A stretch of 52,649 nucleotides of DNA from a virus (lineage: Duplodnaviria; Caudoviricetes): positions 1 to 52,649 of IMG/VR virus record IMGVR_UViG_3300003885_000004; one strand, given 5' to 3'. Position numbers and translations under genes: made by a program. Positions 1 through 8,050 of this stretch are shown here, one piece after another. A model generated the notes under the pieces. The model worked only from the letters and a program-made list of their open reading frames with translations. It did no database searches and had not been told where the DNA came from. How positions within the stretch are numbered: position 1 is the stretch's first letter; the number at the start of each line of letters is the position of its first letter.

Positions 1-119
1 AACCACGAACATGTCAACCACGAACATGTCAACCACGAACATGTCAACCACGAACATGTCAACCACGAACATGTCAACCACGAACATGTCAGGATACAGA
101 ACCACGAACATGTCAACCA
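1..119. repeat. 15-bp tandem repeat AACCACGAACATGTC (6 units, a 9-bp interruption, then 1 more unit); continuous with the array at the window end
   Basis: Directly visible; same unit at 52559-52649, indicating a circular assembly junction. Confidence 0.95.
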
Positions 120-350
120 TTACCTACCAGTCAAGATACAAAAAGATTTCCACGCCAACCAGCAAGCTAAAAGAGGTATCCATACCTGGGCGAGAACAAT
201 CAACAGCAACAAAACGATAGGCGTCACTACAAGAACGAATAAGCAAAGGCCAAGAACCATAGCAACCCTAACAACAATAGACTCACGGAGGATACGGTCT
301 TTACGCTCCACCAACCCAGCACGAATATGCTCCACTAGTCCAGCCATCAT
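120..350 (-). CDS. small membrane protein
   Basis: AGGAGG RBS upstream; long hydrophobic stretch(es). Confidence 0.65.
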   Translation of the reverse strand: MMAGLVEHIRAGLVERKDRILRESIVVRVAMVLGLCLFVLVVTPIVLLLLIVLAQVWIPLLACWLAWKSFCILTGR

Positions 351-402
351 ACACCCTCCTGTTATCTACTAGCCCCTACTCATCAACAGTCATCAACAGT
401 CA

Positions 403-771
403 TCAACCATCATACGCCATTTGACTAATTGCCAGCAAACAAAAACAACAATGACCCCTAGCTACCTCAACACCAATCTCATCCTCAACAATAACCTCTA
501 GCCCACCTTTCACGTCAACTTGACGCCAGACATATGCGCTACCTGGCGTCACTAGGTTCTGTCTCCAAATAAACCTGCTCTGCGTCCGCCCCACCTTAGT
601 GTCTACCCCCTTAAACTCTATAAACCCTTGCCAGACCCTAGAATTAAAATGCCTATCCGACACCCCATGTTGTGACCTAGCCCCAGCAGACAGCACTGTG
701 ATAACAATAGGCACATCTGCCCCCTCTAGGCACCTGCATACCTTTCTAGTCCACTCGGTTTCATGCATCAT
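403..771 (-). CDS. VRR-NUC-like (PD-(D/E)xK) endonuclease
   Basis: E.EW...V, GVSDR, FIEFKG, TQ..F pattern; start reassigned to ATG 771 overlapping the upstream gene's stop. Confidence 0.7.
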   Translation of the reverse strand: MMHETEWTRKVCRCLEGADVPIVITVLSAGARSQHGVSDRHFNSRVWQGFIEFKGVDTKVGRTQSRFIWRQNLVTPGSAYVWRQVDVKGGLEVIVEDEIGVEVARGHCCFCLLAISQMAYDG

Positions 772-1231
772 TAGACCCCCTATCCTTATCAGGTACCCAA
801 ATTTGTTCAGCCCCTTTATCAGCCCCTTTATCAGCCCCTTTATCAGCCCACTCAACATAAGACCCTTTGCCACCGATAGTCTGATCGTCCATATTTACCC
901 CCTGCTCTATCAAACTCGCCACCACCTTGGCAAGTTTGGCAATGTCCACCCGATTCACGAGCAGGCTTAGCTCATCTTCAAGGCCATGTATCTCCGCTAG
1001 CATATCATCAATGCGGCCAACCCCATTGAACAGTATATCCTCAAGATAGCTGATGTGCATAAGCTTATCATCAACAACCTTTTGACACCCTGCCATCTTC
1101 TCCCTTATCCTACTAGGGTTATTGACCTGAGAAGACAGCGCTCTCAAAGACATATTTTTGGTAATCAACACTTCCTTAAGTTGCTTAATCCTCTCTTGGT
1201 CAATCTGCTTATCAGTCTTATCTCTCATCAT
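761..1231 (-). CDS. hypothetical protein (coiled-coil; C-terminal KGAD tandem repeat)
   Basis: AGGAG RBS; 156-aa ORF. Confidence 0.7.
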   Translation of the reverse strand: MMRDKTDKQIDQERIKQLKEVLITKNMSLRALSSQVNNPSRIREKMAGCQKVVDDKLMHISYLEDILFNGVGRIDDMLAEIHGLEDELSLLVNRVDIAKLAKVVASLIEQGVNMDDQTIGGKGSYVEWADKGADKGADKGAEQIWVPDKDRGSNDA

Positions 1232-1273
1232 ATCTCCTCTATGTTATGTGTGCCTATGTTATGTGTGCCTATG

Positions 1274-1561
1274 TTATGTGTAGAAGTAATGTGCCGAATA
1301 CTTATGCCCCCTAGGTGACCTACGACTACCCTTGCCAGACAAAAAGTGCCAAACAACAAACCCCGCGACCACAACAAAAACCAGCGCAACAACCTTGACA
1401 ACCTTGACGGCTACCATACTCCTAGCAGTAGACGTACTAGCAGTAGACGTACTAGCAGTAGACGTACTAGACCCTCTTTCTAGCTCAAGTCTTTTCGCCT
1501 CCCATTTAACCATGTCCTTACCCATACCTTTACCCATACCTTTACCTCTCTTTCTACCCAT
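1274..1561 (-). CDS. hypothetical single-TM membrane protein with STAST repeats
   Basis: ORF with hydrophobic segment VVALVFVVVAGFVVW. Confidence 0.55.
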   Translation of the reverse strand: MGRKRGKGMGKGMGKDMVKWEAKRLELERGSSTSTASTSTASTSTARSMVAVKVVKVVALVFVVVAGFVVWHFLSGKGSRRSPRGHKYSAHYFYT

Positions 1562-1897
1562 GTCTTATACATCTTACCCGCGAAAGCCTACCCCCTGACT
1601 TCAACCCTAAACCTTTCTAGTCTAGCCAGCAGAGGGGTGTTTACCACCATTAGAGGGGTCACATGTCAATCTAGGTAATCCACGCCCCAAATCCCACCAA
1701 ATCGCTCAGAACGCGTCATCTTACAGACTGGCATAATCCCTGATTCGATCAGAGATATCGCATCCTGGTCGATCTGATGGACAATTACCCACAATTCTCC
1801 GGCCCCGACCGACCAGCCCCAGCCAAAACCGATCTGAAGGCGGCGTTCCCGCGTCCGACCCAACTACCCCCAAAGAACGCGGCAACAACTACCCCCT

Positions 1898-2176
1898 TCA
1901 CCCCACCCCAGAATCAGGAGCAATATTCGATCCAGAATCAGACTCAACAGACTCCGGCGTTGGCACAGACGTAGACTCATGGGCTGGATTAGACGCCTCA
2001 TGTTGCCTAAGCATACCGCGGCAAAGAGTATCAATCTCGTAGAACACCTTCTCATCCGCCAGCATAACAAGCCTCTCTGCGCTTGCGAGAACATACCCTC
2101 CCTTGCCCCAGACAGTCTGTATCAGCTCTGCTGACAGCTCAGGCGGGACGTGTTCGTACGTGGTTGAACAATTCAT
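1898..2176 (-). CDS. hypothetical protein
   Basis: GGAGG RBS, 92-aa ORF. Confidence 0.65.
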   Translation of the reverse strand: MNCSTTYEHVPPELSAELIQTVWGKGGYVLASAERLVMLADEKVFYEIDTLCRGMLRQHEASNPAHESTSVPTPESVESDSGSNIAPDSGVG

Positions 2177-2206
2177 TTTTAGCCTCCGTTTAAATTTTAC
2201 TAGGAT

Positions 2207-2250
2207 AAAAAGAACCCGCCCACCATTGCAAGAGAACAGTGGACGGGCTT
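2207..2250 (-). terminator. Rho-independent terminator
   Basis: Minus strand GCCCGTCCAC...GTGGGCGGGT hairpin followed by TCTTTTT, downstream of 2288..2785. Confidence 0.7.
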
Positions 2251-2287
2251 GGCAAACATTGCCACGACGATAAGAACCAGAGGGGCA

Positions 2288-2785
2288 TTACCCCTCTTTG
2301 GCTTCCTGCATTTGGGCAAGCAGAGTGTCCACGTCGACGCCCTGGGCCTTCAGCTTGGAGGATAGGTCGAGCATCTTCGCGAAGTTATCCTTAAGCTTTT
2401 TCATGTCGACAGACTTTTCGGGATTAGCCTGCATATCCCTTGCCTCAACTTCAAGAGCATCCGCCTCTACTCTCTTGACTTTCGCCTCCCAAAATTTCTT
2501 AACATACGGGCCGATGAAGATTCCTGCGGGCGGGATACGGTAAACCTCTGGTATCCAAACCGGCAATCCCATAGCCTTGCACTTATCGGCGCTATCCTCA
2601 TCAGGGTAGAAGTCTATGTGCTTGGTTGTTCCATCCGGGTTGGTTGGTGCGGGCCAAATGATCTTCCGCACACTGTCTTCCTCTGGGGCCGTTTCCTCCG
2701 ATTCAACATTGGATTCGGGGGCAGGAGGAGCAACAGGAGTGGGAGGAGCAACAGGAGCAACAGGGGCAGGAGGAGCAGTAGACAT
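2288..2785 (-). CDS. hypothetical protein with Pro/Ala-rich N-terminus
   Basis: 165-aa ORF, AAGGGA RBS, followed by terminator. Confidence 0.8.
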   Translation of the reverse strand: MSTAPPAPVAPVAPPTPVAPPAPESNVESEETAPEEDSVRKIIWPAPTNPDGTTKHIDFYPDEDSADKCKAMGLPVWIPEVYRIPPAGIFIGPYVKKFWEAKVKRVEADALEVEARDMQANPEKSVDMKKLKDNFAKMLDLSSKLKAQGVDVDTLLAQMQEAKEG

Positions 2786-2853
2786 TTTTAGTCCCTTTCA
2801 AAAGTGTAAAACAACAAGTTTGCAGCCGAACATCGACCGCTGAACAGTCAAGC

Positions 2854-3576
2854 TTAGTGGGTGTCTTTAGATGTGTCAAGCAGGGTGTCTGTAAAATTGG
2901 TGTCTGTGAGATCAACAGACTTGAGATCGGCAGACCAAAGATCGGCAAACTGGAGATTGGCAAACCGAAGATTGGCAGACCAAAGATCAGCAGACTGGAG
3001 ATTAGCAAACTGGAGATTGGCCGACTGGAGATTGGCCGACTGGAGATTGGCCGACTGAAGATTGGCCGACTGAAGATTGGCCGACTGGAAATCGGCAGAC
3101 TGGATATTAGCAAACCAAAGATTAGCAAATCGAAGATTGGCCGACCGAAAATTAGCAAATCGAAGATTGGCCGACCGAAGATTGGCCGACTGAAGATTGG
3201 CCGACTGGAAATCGGCAGACTGAAAATTGGCCAACTGGAAATCGGCAGACTGAAAATTAGCAAACCCAAGATTGGCCGACTGAAGATTGGCCGACTGAAA
3301 ACTGGCAGACTGAAGGTTGGCAAACTGAAGACTGGCAGACTGAAGACTGGCAGACTGAAGGTTGGCAGACCGGAGATTGGCCGACTGAAGGTTGGCCGAC
3401 TGAAGATTGGCAGACCGGAGATTGGCCGACTGAAGGTTGGCCGACTGAAGATTGGCCGACTGAAGATCAGCAGACCGTAGATCAGCAGACCGTAGATCAA
3501 GCGCTATTCCTAGGTTGTTACCCGTCTCAATCAGATATTCGACATTATCTTTCATTTTTCTGTCCTTATCTTTCAA
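2854..3576 (-). CDS. pentapeptide repeat protein
   Basis: About 40 tandem A(N/D)(L/F)(Q/R)(S/F) pentapeptides; start may be the second ATG. Confidence 0.92.
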   Translation of the reverse strand: MKDKDRKMKDNVEYLIETGNNLGIALDLRSADLRSADLQSANLQSANLQSANLRSANLQSANLQSANLRSANLQSASLQSASLQFANLQSASFQSANLQSANLGFANFQSADFQLANFQSADFQSANLQSANLRSANLRFANFRSANLRFANLWFANIQSADFQSANLQSANLQSANLQSANLQSANLQFANLQSADLWSANLRFANLQFADLWSADLKSVDLTDTNFTDTLLDTSKDTH

Positions 3577-3779
3577 ACGTCAAACGGAGGAGCGTACCGT
3601 AGTTCAATGTCCAATGGTATCGCGATTTCATTTTCTGGACACGTTTCGGCTTTCGCAGTTTCGTAATTCGGGAATATTTTTGCTTCCCTCAGGTCCTTAG
3701 TCCAGGCTTTGCCAGTGGTCCCAGGGTCACCATGTAGATACCCACCGCCTTGATCATATCGCTTGATTACATGTCTCAT
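3573..3779 (-). CDS. hypothetical protein
   Basis: ATG in ATGA overlap with the upstream gene's stop. Confidence 0.6.
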   Translation of the reverse strand: MRHVIKRYDQGGGYLHGDPGTTGKAWTKDLREAKIFPNYETAKAETCPENEIAIPLDIELRYAPPFDV

Positions 3780-4018
3780 TTTTCTATCCCCTCTATCCCC
3801 GTTGGTTTGGTCATACGTTTGCATTGTTGTTTGAGAACGTGGAGAAACGCGGTGTACTCATCTCTACTGACCCCTAGGGGGGTATAAGAGTAGGCTTGAG
3901 GTAAGAACCCGTCTTTATTGAACCATTCTTCCAAGTCAATGCAAGCATACCAGCATTCCTCATAGTCTTTTTCAGCAAGCAGGTCAAAAATGCGTTGTAG
4001 CGTTGCGTCCGGGTCCAC
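3776..4018 (-). CDS. hypothetical phage protein (MDPDATL.. family)
   Basis: MDPDATL...L.EW..K.GFLP pattern typical of small phage early proteins. Confidence 0.7.
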   Translation of the reverse strand: MDPDATLQRIFDLLAEKDYEECWYACIDLEEWFNKDGFLPQAYSYTPLGVSRDEYTAFLHVLKQQCKRMTKPTGIEGIEK

Positions 4019-4019
4019 G

Positions 4020-4349
4020 TTATTTGCCCTTTCTTAAGTCTTCCACGTAGCGACAGTAAGTGTAGTACACTTCTGAACAACATGTCGCAGGCATTGATTC
4101 TGGATATATCCAGACCGTGGTAGAGCTGATCGCGTCATAGGTAACCACAAATGACCGCATGGGGTGGCATTTACACCAGTCTGAAAAGTCATTAAGCCAA
4201 TCTTGCGGTAAAGCGTAGTCAAATGTCTTACCAAGGTTGGCAAAACACTCCTGTTTACTAATAACAAGGGCCTTTAATTGTGCAATGTTCAAAATCGGCA
4301 CTGAATCAATTACTTTGTGCCCGTGAATGTATTCATACTCCTGTGTCAT
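4020..4349 (-). CDS. hypothetical protein
   Basis: GAGGGG RBS, ATGA overlap. Confidence 0.65.
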   Translation of the reverse strand: MTQEYEYIHGHKVIDSVPILNIAQLKALVISKQECFANLGKTFDYALPQDWLNDFSDWCKCHPMRSFVVTYDAISSTTVWIYPESMPATCCSEVYYTYCRYVEDLRKGK

Positions 4350-4537
4350 TTTGACCCCTCTCGTACTATGCACTGACTTCTCGACCACTCGTTGGCAGAC
4401 CAAAGCGAGTAAAAGTGATTGACCTTTCTGCCATCAAGTACCACTTCCCACGTTGCCCCTTGTTTAATAGCGACATAACCATGGTATAACCTACGCGTGA
4501 TGTGACTGTTTTGGGCGTACTTTGCCATATATGACAT
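4346..4537 (-). CDS. hypothetical protein
   Basis: Preceded by the conserved CCTTACAAAGAGGAA leader. Confidence 0.7.
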   Translation of the reverse strand: MSYMAKYAQNSHITRRLYHGYVAIKQGATWEVVLDGRKVNHFYSLWSANEWSRSQCIVREGSK

Positions 4538-4602
4538 CTTTCGTTCCTCTTTGTAAGGGGTGTCGATGCGTGTTTGACTTGAGGTTAGCCACTTTTAATC
4601 CT

Positions 4603-4752
4603 CTATTTCGTCCCCTCGTCATCTATGCAAATCCGGGCAATAGCCTCCTTAGTGGTACAGTCAATCCTAACAGCTCTCCGTTCGTCCTCTGCTTCCCTCT
4701 CCGTATATTCGTGGAGTGTCTCAATTGGTTCACATGGGTGACTCCAATACAT
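4603..4752 (-). CDS. hypothetical 49-aa protein (below ORF-track cutoff)
   Basis: TAATG coupling with the upstream gene; MYWSHPCEPIETL... Confidence 0.5.
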   Translation of the reverse strand: MYWSHPCEPIETLHEYTEREAEDERRAVRIDCTTKEAIARICIDDEGTK

Positions 4753-5102
4753 TATGCACTACCTTTCCCCTCAACTAGGTCACAATCATCAGGATGCAAA
4801 TACAGATGGGGCGTGGCAGGTTTTCCGCTTGATGTACCTAGCACAACGATAGCAACATCTGGGGACACAATGGCGTTCTGTATTTTGTGGCCAAAGGCCA
4901 AGTCTCTGTACTCCGTTGTGTACTCCGGCGTGCCTAGGTGCCCCGTGACCAAGTTGATGGCATGATACGTAGACTTACTGCCACTGTCCCACCACGTCCC
5001 GAAGGTCTCAACAGGACCTTCAGTGATTGTGACGACCACGTTCTGCTTGCGCCCCAATGCTCCTGCAATGTGTGGAGGTAAACTCTTGCGTTTGATAATC
5101 AT
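4752..5102 (-). CDS. hypothetical phage protein (WxxGSxSxY motif)
   Basis: AAGGAAAG RBS before ATG 5102; TWWDSGSKSTY motif. Confidence 0.7.
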   Translation of the reverse strand: MIIKRKSLPPHIAGALGRKQNVVVTITEGPVETFGTWWDSGSKSTYHAINLVTGHLGTPEYTTEYRDLAFGHKIQNAIVSPDVAIVVLGTSSGKPATPHLYLHPDDCDLVEGKGSA

Positions 5103-5133
5103 TATGCACTTTCCTTTTAAGCATGCGAGTGAA

Positions 5134-5337
5134 TCAAGTAGCCAGTTCACAATCTTCAATGATCTCAACAGCCATTTCTGCCAGCTCATCAAACTCTGCT
5201 TGGGGAATCGACCCATCTGCATAACGTACGCATGCGTCAGAGGCAAAACGTACTTCTTGACCATTGACGGAGAGTACAGTGTCCAGGGTCCCGTCATCAA
5301 TCAGACAGACGTAGTGATTGTCAATGTAAATATCCAT
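5134..5337 (-). CDS. hypothetical acidic protein
   Basis: Conserved leader repeat upstream. Confidence 0.75.
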   Translation of the reverse strand: MDIYIDNHYVCLIDDGTLDTVLSVNGQEVRFASDACVRYADGSIPQAEFDELAEMAVEIIEDCELAT

Positions 5338-5390
5338 GTCGTTTTCCTCTTTGTAAGGGGTGTGATTGGCTGAAGGGCGGTTGGGTGTGT

Positions 5391-5720
5391 TTACAAGTCG
5401 TCTCGGCGAGACAAGTTGACACTTGCTACGGTTACCTTGTCTTCTTTGGATACGTAATAGGTGGGCCCCCTTCCCATGACTAGAATTTTCATGTTCTCAT
5501 CAGGGTTGTATAGGCTATCGTCCGTGACGTCAACGCATGCCCAATCACACTTTTTATCCATTGTGAACGCGAAAGCCATCTTGCGACCATTGGGCAGCCT
5601 CACAGAAATGGTTGTTGCAACCTTCTTGTCGAGCGAAACCAAGAGATGTTCGCATTCATTGTATCCCATGTATCCTTGCTCGATTGCGTCTGATTTGGTC
5701 TCAACAATCTTTGTGTCCAT
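5391..5720 (-). CDS. hypothetical protein
   Basis: Conserved leader repeat upstream. Confidence 0.75.
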   Translation of the reverse strand: MDTKIVETKSDAIEQGYMGYNECEHLLVSLDKKVATTISVRLPNGRKMAFAFTMDKKCDWACVDVTDDSLYNPDENMKILVMGRGPTYYVSKEDKVTVASVNLSRRDDL

Positions 5721-5802
5721 GTCGTTGTTCCTCTTTGTAAGGGTGGTTGGCGGCGTGTTGAGATGTGTTTACAAACCGGCTGGCGTAGATGAGGGAGGAA
5801 GG

Positions 5803-6003
5803 TCACATTTTCGTCGTCGAGATAATGTCTCGTATCATTTGACGGTCTCGACGAATATGTTTGGCAACGCATTGGCGATAACGAGGACAGTGTTCCTTTA
5901 TCCCTCTCGACCACCGCACCCGACGAAGCGCTCTGCGACATTTGTTTTGCAGATAGAAAATCCTAGTCAAATCTCTTTGAGTATAGATAGGGCTGTACGT
6001 CAT
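5803..6003 (-). CDS. small basic protein, paralog of 6051..6248
   Basis: Shared RI..L...CRR......WS........YR..VAKH.R.DRQ.I.D.I. Confidence 0.75.
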   Translation of the reverse strand: MTYSPIYTQRDLTRIFYLQNKCRRALRRVRWSRGIKEHCPRYRQCVAKHIRRDRQMIRDIISTTKM

Positions 6004-6050
6004 GTGTTGTTCCTCTTTGTAAGGGTGGTTGGCGGCGTGTTGAGATGTGT

Positions 6051-6248
6051 TTACAAACCGGCAATCATGTCTTGTATTCGCTGACGATCTTGGCGGAGAT
6101 GTTTCGCAACAACATTCCGATAACCGCTATTGCCTTGCTTATTGTGTTTTGACCATTCTGCACTTGCCCGCGTCCGTCGACACCATCTATCCAGCAATAA
6201 GATGCGTTTTACAGTTTGACGGGTTCTACTTACTATGATGATAGTCAT
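6051..6248 (-). CDS. small basic protein, paralog of 5803..6003
   Basis: Paralogy; start reassigned to ATG 6248 after the leader repeat. Confidence 0.75.
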   Translation of the reverse strand: MTIIIVSRTRQTVKRILLLDRWCRRTRASAEWSKHNKQGNSGYRNVVAKHLRQDRQRIQDMIAGL

Positions 6249-6273
6249 GTCGTTTTCCTCTTTGTAAGGGGTG

Positions 6274-6489
6274 TTATTTGGTTGCAACTAACCAAGTAGA
6301 TGGGTCATTCTCGAACCCGGAGTCATAAGCCATTCTGACCTGCTTGTTAGCGACCATGTTTCGTACAATCGGCGTAACAATGTCTTGCGGCAGATCAGTC
6401 ATACAGGCAATGTCCGAAATTGACAGCCAAACCTTGCTGACTTCGATGACTTTCGAGATTGCTTTCAAGATTGCTTCCTTGTTTCTCAT
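6274..6489 (-). CDS. putative winged-helix DNA-binding protein
   Basis: ILKAI...LSISDIACMTDLPQDIV..IV..M...KQV...W pattern; first gene after the sigma70 promoter. Confidence 0.55.
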   Translation of the reverse strand: MRNKEAILKAISKVIEVSKVWLSISDIACMTDLPQDIVTPIVRNMVANKQVRMAYDSGFENDPSTWLVATK

Positions 6490-6533
6490 GTCGTTTTCCT
6501 TTGTGTTGTGTTGTACTGTCCGCTTGTACCTTA

Positions 6534-6561
6534 ACTATAGTCTTAACCAATTGTTTGTCAA
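6534..6561 (-). promoter_or_regulatory. sigma70-type early promoter
   Basis: TTGACA-N16-TATAGT on the minus strand, about 45 nt upstream of ATG 6489. Confidence 0.75.
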
Positions 6562-6749
6562 CGGGGTGGAGGGCATTATTTTCAAGATTGTTTACCCCCT
6601 CACCAAACGCCCAAATTTGATCCCTAAGACGTTTTGCAAACATGTGGTATGATTCATCCTAAAATTAAAAGTCGGCAAAGGGGGGGTGACTTGTACCTAC
6701 TTAAGAGGGGTAACCAATTACCTGCAACTATTGTGCCAAAGTATTACCT

Positions 6750-7745
6750 TTATGCCGCAGCCGAATCGTCCTCAAACATCTCTGGATAACGGCACCAAAG
6801 GCTTTGGGGGATAGCATGGTGGCCCCTATGCGAGATACCCCTAAGTATAAGGGCAAGCAATCCCGCACTAGTTATGTGGTATCCTTTCGAGCAAACGCCA
6901 ACTAAAGGTACTGGGCAATCCTCCATTGCGTGGAGCAACGGGGGCATTATATCTTGCTCCAGTTCCTTAGGTCCTACCTGGATAACTCCCGCAAGTCTGC
7001 TCTTGGCAATGGGTCCCTGCCCTAGCTCAGCGAGTACCGACCTGCGGTGAAAGGTCATTCCCCATTTGTCGATTCGTGAGTCATCCGCGATATCGACCAT
7101 AAGCTTTTCAATGTCGCCAGCTCGGCCTTGCATATCCCAGCCAGTCAATACCTCCCTAGCGAAACTAAGCGCCTCACGAGGGATGGCCGAATACTTGGCG
7201 ACCATTTGACATGCAAGGTCTGAAAATCCTGGAAAGGATAGCCCGACTATCTGGGCTATCTCTGCTTTGGTGTAAAGCCGCAGAGAGACTTTGCGAAACC
7301 GCGTCTTGAAGGGACCAAATAGATTACCCCATTCCGTTGTAGCGACCACCCACGATATGTTTTGGGTCTTTAAAATGATACCCTCTTCGGTTTCTAGTAT
7401 ACAGTCAGACTTCTCTACCGCCTTCAGCAGCGCTTGCTCCACATGCTTATTGAGGTTATGTACCTCGTCAATAAAGATGACGCATGGATCAACCAGAGAT
7501 TTCCGCCCTACCGCCATTGTAATTGTCTCATACATGGCGCGCATATCTTTGACGCTGTGGGGCTGTATCTCGACAAAGGGTACTGACAATGATTTGGCAT
7601 AGATGCGTGCGAAGTACGTCTTGCCGCAGGAGGCGGGGCCGATCAAAGCGATGTTTGGCTTAACGTCTGACGTCAGAAACTGGTGGCGACAACGAAGCAT
7701 CTTTCGCTTGGCTCGGCCATTGCCGATGACTTTGGTGTATGGCAT
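6750..7745 (-). CDS. ruvB: RuvB-like AAA+ ATPase (Holliday-junction branch-migration family)
   Basis: Walker A GPASCGKT, Walker B IFIDEVH, VATTE...GPFKTRF, YTKAEIAQIV, IPREA, C-terminal GPIA..LA...E..I.P.L winged helix; start likely ATG 7745 (MPYTKVIG). Confidence 0.85.
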   Translation of the reverse strand: MPYTKVIGNGRAKRKMLRCRHQFLTSDVKPNIALIGPASCGKTYFARIYAKSLSVPFVEIQPHSVKDMRAMYETITMAVGRKSLVDPCVIFIDEVHNLNKHVEQALLKAVEKSDCILETEEGIILKTQNISWVVATTEWGNLFGPFKTRFRKVSLRLYTKAEIAQIVGLSFPGFSDLACQMVAKYSAIPREALSFAREVLTGWDMQGRAGDIEKLMVDIADDSRIDKWGMTFHRRSVLAELGQGPIAKSRLAGVIQVGPKELEQDIMPPLLHAMEDCPVPLVGVCSKGYHITSAGLLALILRGISHRGHHAIPQSLWCRYPEMFEDDSAAA

Positions 7746-7790
7746 TGTGTTTGTGTGCGTGCATGTGTGCATGTGTGCATGTGTGCGTAA

Positions 7791-7822
7791 ATTGTAGACC
7801 CAAACTAAGTGTCTGGTAACCC
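7791..7822 (-). promoter_or_regulatory. promoter of ruvB-like gene; GGGTTACCRGACACTTRGT...TAYAAT motif
   Basis: Near-identical to the motif at 23436-23466. Confidence 0.65.
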
Positions 7823-7964
7823 TTAAAATAAAAAAGATATTTTGTACGTCTTTGGCACGACATATTTTCTCCTTGACAAGTACCCTTCTTTAGAGGGTTG
7901 AAGTACCCCCCAAAAGTAGGCCCCCAAACAGGGGGTAATCTAACCCCCCGAAAGTGGGGTATCA

Positions 7965-8037
7965 TTTTTCAAAACCGTCGGACCAAACCGTCGGACCAAA
8001 CTTTTTCAAAACCGTCGGACCAAACCGTCGGACCAAA
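7965..8037. repeat. nested direct repeat: 36-bp unit x2, each with two 13-mers AAACCGTCGGACC
   Basis: Directly visible; partial fifth copy near 8061. Confidence 0.9.
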
Positions 8038-8050
8038 GTTAAAAGGTTTC

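Larger units (their letters stand above)
4535..6500 (-). repeat. dispersed conserved gene-leader repeat CCCTTACAAAGAGGAA..(GA)CATG (5 core copies plus 1 partial), including an identical 57-bp pair at 5724-5780 and 6006-6062
   Basis: Copies directly upstream of ATGs at 4537, 5337, 5720, 6003 and 6248; partial at 6489. Confidence 0.9.

Noticed and set aside
1-119. CRISPR array, or the plus-strand (MSTTN)n ORF 11..220
   Set aside because: Units are contiguous with no spacers and there are no cas genes. The ORF is a by-product of a 15-bp repeat on the non-coding strand.
1666-1863. 65-aa minus-strand ORF
   Set aside because: TTG start without a convincing RBS and no recognisable motif; cannot be supported, though it may be real.
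2703-3500. Alternative-frame ORFs 2703..3500 (-) and 2857..3480 (+)
   Set aside because: Shadow frames of the pentapeptide repeat gene.
5335-6276. CRISPR or integron attC array
   Set aside because: Spacers are whole genes of 200-330 bp, the repeats lack attC inverted R/L boxes, and no integrase is present.
6274-6489. Z-alpha (Z-DNA binding) domain
   Set aside because: The P.TW ending is suggestive, but the conserved Asn and Tyr of the recognition helix are absent; kept as generic wHTH.
6731-7860. Mobile element bounded by a GTGCCAAAG/CTTTGGCAC inverted repeat around ruvB
   Set aside because: Only 9 bp, with no transposase and no target-site duplication; could be chance.
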